NCBI GenBank assembly: GCA_019058275.1
Contig: JAHLVW010000013.1
Coordinates: 1-10,937, forward strand
Origin: Candidatus Heimdallarchaeota archaeon
Lineage (GTDB): Archaea > Asgardarchaeota > Heimdallarchaeia > JABLTI01
Reading direction: 5' to 3'
DNA: 10,937 bases
In this document: positions 6,317-10,937 of the stretch, piece by piece
Layout of the letters: the number at the start of each line of letters is the position of its first letter
How positions within the stretch are numbered: position 1 is the first letter of the stretch
The notes under the pieces: model-generated
Databases searched by the model: none
Seen by the model: the letters and a program-made list of their open reading frames with translations, nothing else
What the model was told of the DNA's origin: nothing
Translations under genes and position numbers: made by a program

Positions 6317-6624
6317 ACCCTATAACACCTGAAAATATCCACAGACATGAGTTGATTGGTTTGAATGTTGAAATAGTGAGAGCTTTAGACAAGCAAATGA
6401 TTGGCATGAAAGGTTTGATCGTTGATGAAACAAAAAACATGCTGGTTATTGATTCATTAAAAAAGCATTCAAACATGGATGAACCTCATCGTGTAAGAAT
6501 CCCAAAGAAAGATTGCACATTCAGATTCAATCTACCATCAGGGCAACTTGTGGATGTCGAAGGACGCTTACTAAAATTAAAACCAGAAAATCGTTTGAAA
6601 AATATTATTCGTAAAAGGTGGTAA
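6313..6624 (+). CDS. rnp1: Ribonuclease P protein component 1 (Rpp29/POP4)
   Basis: ITPENIHRHELIGL, G.IVDETKNML, IPKKDCTFRF, G..L...PENRLK. Canonical position between uL29 and uS17. The TTG start overlaps the uL29 TGA (TTGA), with GGTGA upstream at 6305-6309. Confidence 0.95.
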   Translation: MNPITPENIHRHELIGLNVEIVRALDKQMIGMKGLIVDETKNMLVIDSLKKHSNMDEPHRVRIPKKDCTFRFNLPSGQLVDVEGRLLKLKPENRLKNIIRKRW

Positions 6625-6630
6625 AAAAAT

Positions 6631-6975
6631 ATGTCCAGATATATTGGCGTTGATGTTCCAGAACCAGAAACAGAATGTAGTGATATAAAATGTCCGTTTC
6701 ATGGAACACTTCGTGTAAGAGGTAGGATCATCAATGGTACTGTAATTAGTCATAAAATGCAAAACACATGTGTTATTCGTAAGGATTTCCTCTTCTATAT
6801 AAAGAAGTACAAGAGATACGAACGTCGACATAGTACCATTAGTTCCCACAACCCTCCATGTATTGATGCTAGAGAAGGTGACAATGTAACCATCATGGAA
6901 TGTAGACCACTAAGTAAAAGTGTCTCATATGTTGTCATTGCTAAAGAATCTCAAGCTGAGGGTGTCAAAGAATAG
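6631..6975 (+). CDS. rps17: 30S ribosomal protein uS17 (archaeal/eukaryotic S11-type)
   Basis: IGVDVPEP..C.D.KCPFHGTLRVRG, KYKRYERR, HNPPC, ECRPLSK. Confidence 0.97.
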   Translation: MSRYIGVDVPEPETECSDIKCPFHGTLRVRGRIINGTVISHKMQNTCVIRKDFLFYIKKYKRYERRHSTISSHNPPCIDAREGDNVTIMECRPLSKSVSYVVIAKESQAEGVKE

Positions 6976-7000
6976 AATAATTTGAGGAGAATAAAGAAAC

Positions 7001-7417
7001 ATGTCAAGAAGAAAAGTAACAGGAATATCTCTCCCAAGACTTAGCAAAGGTGTTAGTGTAGGTACACGACTAAAATGTGCTGATAACACAGGTGCAAAAG
7101 TCATACAGATTATTGCAGTAAAAGGATTTAAGGGTCGTCTTAACCGCTATCCCACTGCTTCAGTTGGAGACATGGTTATTGTTTCTGTTAAGAAAGGAAC
7201 CCCACAAATGAGACGACAAGTTCTCCCAGCTATAGTTATTCGCCAAAGAAAAATGTACCGTAGACCAAGTGGTCTTTGGGTGCAATTTGAAGATAATGCA
7301 GCTGTAATAGCAAGTCCCGAAGGAAGTCCTAGAGGGAGTGAAATTCGAGGTCCGGTAGCAAAAGAAGCTGCTGAAAGATGGCCAAGAGTTGCCCATACTG
7401 CAAGCACAATTGTCTAA
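7001..7417 (+). CDS. rpl14: 50S ribosomal protein uL14
   Basis: [60 protein letters not shown] upstream. Confidence 0.98.
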   Translation: MSRRKVTGISLPRLSKGVSVGTRLKCADNTGAKVIQIIAVKGFKGRLNRYPTASVGDMVIVSVKKGTPQMRRQVLPAIVIRQRKMYRRPSGLWVQFEDNAAVIASPEGSPRGSEIRGPVAKEAAERWPRVAHTASTIV

Positions 7418-7442
7418 TAACTCTAAATAAGGAGATGAAAAA

Positions 7443-7853
7443 ATGAAAAAGAATCCTAATGTCACAAAACAACCTTCAAAGAAGCGAAAACAGCTCTATA
7501 CCGCTCCATTACATCGCAGAAGAAAATTATTAACTGCTCCACTTACACCAGTACTTGCTGAAAAAGAAGGTATTAGACAATTAGTTATTAGAAAGGGAGA
7601 TTCTGTCCGAATTCGTAAAGGATCTTTCAGAGGTATCGAAGGTGAAGTTTCTAAAATTGATTACAAAACTATGAGACTTACAATTGAAGGTGTAACCTTT
7701 GAAAAATCTGATGGATCAGCTCAACATTTCCCAGTCAGAGCTTGTAATTGTGAAATCATTAACTTGAAAAATATGAAAGATAAACGACGAAAAGCTATCG
7801 TTGATCGAAGACTTCCTGAAATTGAAGCTGAGGAAGCTAATGTAAAAAGCTAA
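7443..7853 (+). CDS. rpl24: 50S ribosomal protein uL24
   Basis: KQPSKKRK.LYTAPLH.RRK, KOW motif IRKGDSVRIRKGSFRG.EG.V. SD GGAGATGA. Confidence 0.97.
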   Translation: MKKNPNVTKQPSKKRKQLYTAPLHRRRKLLTAPLTPVLAEKEGIRQLVIRKGDSVRIRKGSFRGIEGEVSKIDYKTMRLTIEGVTFEKSDGSAQHFPVRACNCEIINLKNMKDKRRKAIVDRRLPEIEAEEANVKS

Positions 7854-7869
7854 GGAATGTGAAAAAAGA

Positions 7870-8619
7870 ATGACAAAAACAGGTGGTTCAAAGCATCAGA
7901 AAAGAGTAGCATCCCCAAGAAACTGGGTACTTCCACGTAAGAAACACAAGTTCGCATTCAGAGCAGACCCAGGACCTCATAGCAGAGAAAGATGTATTCC
8001 ATTAGGAATTCTTCTAAGGGATGTCCTTCATTTAGCTGAAACTGCTAGAGAACTCAGATTTATCTTGAATAAAAAATTGATTAAAGTTGATGGAAGAGTT
8101 GTATCAAATCCAAAATTCCCAGTGGGTTTAATGGATGTTGTTGAAATTGAACAACTTAAGAAAGCATATCGTATACTTCCTCATGAATTGCATGTATTGA
8201 TGCCATTTGAAATGAAGAAAACAGCTCAAAACTCTAAAGCATGTCAAATCATGAATAAAACCACAATCAAGAATGGAATTACTCAACTAAACTTGCATGA
8301 TGGTAGAAATATTCTCTTACCAAAAGAGGAAGGAATAGAACAGAAGTATAATTCAAAAGATACCATCATAATCGATCTTCCATCCCAGAAAATTGCTAAT
8401 CACTTTCCATTCAAGGAAGGCATGTATGCAATTATAATAGCAGGTCGAAACGTTGGAAAACATGGTTCAATTAAAGAGTTCCAATGGCGTTTCGGACCGA
8501 GAGCATCGACAGTCACTCTGAAATCCCCTGAGGGAACAGAGGTACAAACAACTCCGGAATATATATTCATAATTGGTGAAAAATCACCATGGTGGAGTGC
8601 TAAAGGAGCTGATAATTAA
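7870..8619 (+). CDS. rps4e: 30S ribosomal protein eS4 (S4e)
   Basis: KHQKRVASP..W, PGPH, PLGILLRD, KVDGRV...KFPVGLMDV, QLNLHDGRNI, GRNVG..G.I. Confidence 0.97.
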   Translation: MTKTGGSKHQKRVASPRNWVLPRKKHKFAFRADPGPHSRERCIPLGILLRDVLHLAETARELRFILNKKLIKVDGRVVSNPKFPVGLMDVVEIEQLKKAYRILPHELHVLMPFEMKKTAQNSKACQIMNKTTIKNGITQLNLHDGRNILLPKEEGIEQKYNSKDTIIIDLPSQKIANHFPFKEGMYAIIIAGRNVGKHGSIKEFQWRFGPRASTVTLKSPEGTEVQTTPEYIFIIGEKSPWWSAKGADN

Positions 8620-9167
8620 TGAGCTTGACTAAAGAAGATTATCTCAAAGATTGGGAACAACACAAAATGCGTAAACCAAAAGTAGTTTCACTTATTATTC
8701 ATTGTTGTGTTGGTGGATCTGGTGAAGCTCTTGAACGAGTAAAGAAGATTATCGAATCCATTGGTGAGATGAAAACTGTCGAAACTCGAGCAAAAAGAAC
8801 TTTCAGAGAATTCGGTATAAGACAATATGAACCTATTGGTGCAAAAGTAACCATTCGTGATGAGGAGAAAATCAAGAAACTTATACCACGATTATTCGAC
8901 GTTAAAGATAACAAAATTTCCAAAAGAGCTTTTGATAGCGAAGGAAATTTTGGCTTTGGAATTAAAGAACACATCGATATTCCGGGTACAAAATATGACC
9001 CCAATCTCGGTGTTACAGGACTGGACATTAACTTAAGACTTGAACGTCCAGGTTATCGGGTAAAGCGCAGATTTCGATCCCCGAAGAAGATTCCTATGAG
9101 ACATAGGATATCTCAGGCAGAAGCGATAGTTTTCGCTGAAACCGAATTAGGATTAAATGTAGAATAG
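8619..9167 (+). CDS. rpl5: 50S ribosomal protein uL5
   Basis: MRKPK, CVGGSG, AKRTFREFGIR..EPIGAKVTIR, FDSEGNFGFGIKEHIDIPGTKYDP..G..G.D, RPGYRV. TAATG overlap with the eS4 stop. Confidence 0.97.
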   Translation: MSLTKEDYLKDWEQHKMRKPKVVSLIIHCCVGGSGEALERVKKIIESIGEMKTVETRAKRTFREFGIRQYEPIGAKVTIRDEEKIKKLIPRLFDVKDNKISKRAFDSEGNFGFGIKEHIDIPGTKYDPNLGVTGLDINLRLERPGYRVKRRFRSPKKIPMRHRISQAEAIVFAETELGLNVE

Positions 9168-9176
9168 GTGAAAGCA

Positions 9177-9359
9177 ATGGCAAAAGGATCTGGTACAAAA
9201 CCAAAAGAACTGAAATTTGGCAAAGGATCAAGACAATGCACACGATGCGGTGCCCATGAAGGCCTTATTCGAAGACATAGAATAAACCTCTGTAGACGTT
9301 GCTTCAGAGAAGTAGCAAAAACAATCGGTTTCAAACGATATGGAGGCCATGGAGGATAA
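9177..9359 (+). CDS. rps14: 30S ribosomal protein uS14 (zinc-binding type)
   Basis: KFGKGSRQCTRCG...GLIRR..INLCRRCFRE.A..IGF. Likely start is ATG 9177 with SD AGGTGA at 9166-9171; the track uses GTG 9168, which lies inside that SD. Confidence 0.96.
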   Translation: MAKGSGTKPKELKFGKGSRQCTRCGAHEGLIRRHRINLCRRCFREVAKTIGFKRYGGHGG

Positions 9360-9395
9360 CCTTCATAGGTGCAAGAATAAGGAGAAGATGAAAAA

Positions 9396-9788
9396 ATGCC
9401 TCTATTAGACACACTAGCAAATGCGATGAATAACATTCAAAACGCTGAAACTCTTGGTAAAAGAGATGTCTTTTTGAAACCCGCATCAAAGTTAATCTCC
9501 TCTGTCATCAAAGTTATGATTGCCAAAGGATACATAGGTGAATTTGAATTCATTGATGATGATAGAGCTGGTCTTTTCAAAGTACAATTGCTAGGTAGAA
9601 TTAACAAATGTGCAGTAATTAAACCACGCTTTCCCGTAAAGCATAAGGAATTCGAATCCTGGGAAGAAAAATTCCTTCCTGCACGAGATTTCGGAATTCT
9701 AATTGTCTCCACACCAAAGGGTGTGATGAGTCATGAAGATGCTAAAGCTTTAGGTATAGGAGGAAGACTCCTAGCTTATGTCTACTGA
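9396..9788 (+). CDS. rps8: 30S ribosomal protein uS8
   Basis: DTLANA...[64 protein letters not shown]. Confidence 0.98.
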   Translation: MPLLDTLANAMNNIQNAETLGKRDVFLKPASKLISSVIKVMIAKGYIGEFEFIDDDRAGLFKVQLLGRINKCAVIKPRFPVKHKEFESWEEKFLPARDFGILIVSTPKGVMSHEDAKALGIGGRLLAYVY

Positions 9789-9808
9789 TTTAAGGATGGG
9801 TTAAACAA

Positions 9809-10369
9809 ATGCCAAAAGCTGTTTATGTTGAAAAAACTGTAGAAACCCCTGAAGGAGTAACAATTGCTCTTAATGGTATGAAAGTAACAGTCACTGGACC
9901 CAAAGGTAGCTTGGAAAGAGATTTCATAGGTGAACCTGTTAAATTGGACTTATCAAAGAATACCTTGAAATTGTCTGTAGCTTTTCCAAGGAAAAGAGAA
10001 CTGGCAATGTTGGGTACCATTGCAGCGCATGTGAAAAATATGATCACAGGTATAACTCAAGGTTATACTTATAAATTGACAATTGTCTATTCTCACTTTC
10101 CTATAACAGTAGATGTTAAACCAAATGAAATCATAATCAAGAATCTTTACGGGCAACGAAACCCAAGAAAAGCAAAGATTTTTGGTGATGATGTTAAGGT
10201 GAAAGTTGACGGTGATGAGATAATCATCACAGGTATAGACAAAGAACATGTTGGTCAAACATCAGCCAATCTTCAAGAAATCTGCAAACTTCGTGGAAAA
10301 TTCCACAAAGATCCTCGTAGATTTATGGATGGAATATGGCTATCAGCTCAATATGTTGGTATAGATTAG
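9809..10369 (+). CDS. rpl6: 50S ribosomal protein uL6
   Basis: PEGV, V.GPKGSL.RDF, GTIAAHVKNMI.G.T.GY.Y, VYSHFPI, GIDKE.VGQTSAN, KDPRRFMDGI. Confidence 0.97.
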   Translation: MPKAVYVEKTVETPEGVTIALNGMKVTVTGPKGSLERDFIGEPVKLDLSKNTLKLSVAFPRKRELAMLGTIAAHVKNMITGITQGYTYKLTIVYSHFPITVDVKPNEIIIKNLYGQRNPRKAKIFGDDVKVKVDGDEIIITGIDKEHVGQTSANLQEICKLRGKFHKDPRRFMDGIWLSAQYVGID

Positions 10370-10379
10370 GAGTTGAAGA

Positions 10380-10937
10380 ATGTTGACTGTAGATAAAAGA
10401 TTACTTCGTGAAAGAGAAAAAATGAGAAAATCTCGTCCGAAGTTTAGAAGACAAGAAAGTTGGCGTTACAAGAGATTGAAAAAAAATTGGCGAAAACCAA
10501 TTGGTATTGATAATGCCATGAGACATCATAAACGAGGTATACCAACAATAGTTAGAGTAGGTTATCGTGGACCAAAAGTTGTTAGAGGACTTACCAGAAG
10601 TGGTAAAGAAGAAGTTATGGTCCATAATCCTAAAGAACTCGAAATTGTCGATAAAGATACTCAAATTGCTAGAATATCTTCAACTGTTGGTGTGAAGAAG
10701 AAAGTAGATATCACTAACAGAGCTGATGAACTAGGCGTCAAAATTATTAATCGACCAGAAGAAGCTTTAACATTTGCAACAATCTCAGAAATTTCTGAGG
10801 AATTACTCCTTGAAGAGGAAGCGCTAGCTAAAATTGATGAAGTTAAACCACGAAAGAAAAAGACTTCCCCACGTAAAGGACTAACAGATAGAGAGCTTGC
10901 TGAATTGGAGCGAGTAGAATCTGAATTAGCTAAATCA
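10380..10937 (+). CDS. rpl32e: 50S ribosomal protein eL32 (L32e), 3'-truncated by the window, with C-terminal extension
   Basis: Not in the ORF track. Hand translation from ATG 10380 (SD GGAGTTGA): MLTVDKRLLREREKMRKSRPKFRRQESWRYKRLKKNWRKPIGIDNAMR...VGYRGPKVVRGL..SG..EVMVHNPKEL...ISSTVG.KKK..I...ADELGVKIIN. The frame stays open to the window end. Confidence 0.96.
   Translation, partial: MLTVDKRLLREREKMRKSRPKFRRQESWRYKRLKKNWRKPIGIDNAMRHHKRGIPTIVRVGYRGPKVVRGLTRSGKEEVMVHNPKELEIVDKDTQIARISSTVGVKKKVDITNRADELGVKIINRPEEALTFATISEISEELLLEEEALAKIDEVKPRKKKTSPRKGLTDRELAELERVESELAKS

Noticed and set aside
7431-9398. Repeated GGAG(AAG)ATGAAAAAATG before uL24 and uS8, creating mini-ORFs (MKK*, MKKCLY*)
   Set aside because: Best explained as variants of the archaeal SD GGAGGTGA plus an A-rich spacer. 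GGAGTTGA and AGGTGA occur before other genes in the operon.
4543-10664. Other minus-strand ORFs inside the ribosomal operon (4543-4833, 4550-4732, 6288-6476, 6577-6849, 7147-7407, 7160-7465, 8699-9028, 9113-9436, 9437-9712, 9823-10047, 9953-10258, 10401-10664)
   Set aside because: They overlap highly conserved r-protein genes on the opposite strand and show no recognisable motifs.
1-10937. CRISPR arrays, IS/transposase, integrase or defence genes
   Set aside because: No regularly spaced repeats, terminal inverted repeats or mobile-element proteins were seen. The window is mostly core housekeeping sequence.

Overview
AT-rich archaeal chromosomal window. An Asgard-like lineage is inferred from protein features and has not been verified. 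Left part: a class I/II PLP-dependent aminotransferase, then a stand-alone A/V-type ATPase subunit I (a) with its own candidate promoter and hairpin terminator, then a convergent 98-aa protein with two identically spaced, shortened C2H2 zinc fingers. Divergent from the zinc-finger gene is the archaeal S10/spc ribosomal protein cluster, which here begins at uL22: uL22-uS3-uL29-Rpp29-uS17-uL14-uL24-eS4-uL5-uS14-uS8-uL6-eL32. eL32 runs off the window and is missing from the ORF track. The most notable unexplained element is a ~200-nt leader (about 4313-4519) between a TATA box and uL22. Its 5' half is GC-rich and it folds by eye into six nearly contiguous hairpins with possible alternative pairings, making it a candidate undescribed ribosomal-protein leader or ncRNA. 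Other oddities are a ~175-aa Lys-rich tail on uS3, a >=60-aa extension on eL32, no SUI1/aIF1 gene in its usual slot, and a hairpin over the uS14 stop codon. All structures were folded by hand; no database searches or energy calculations were run.
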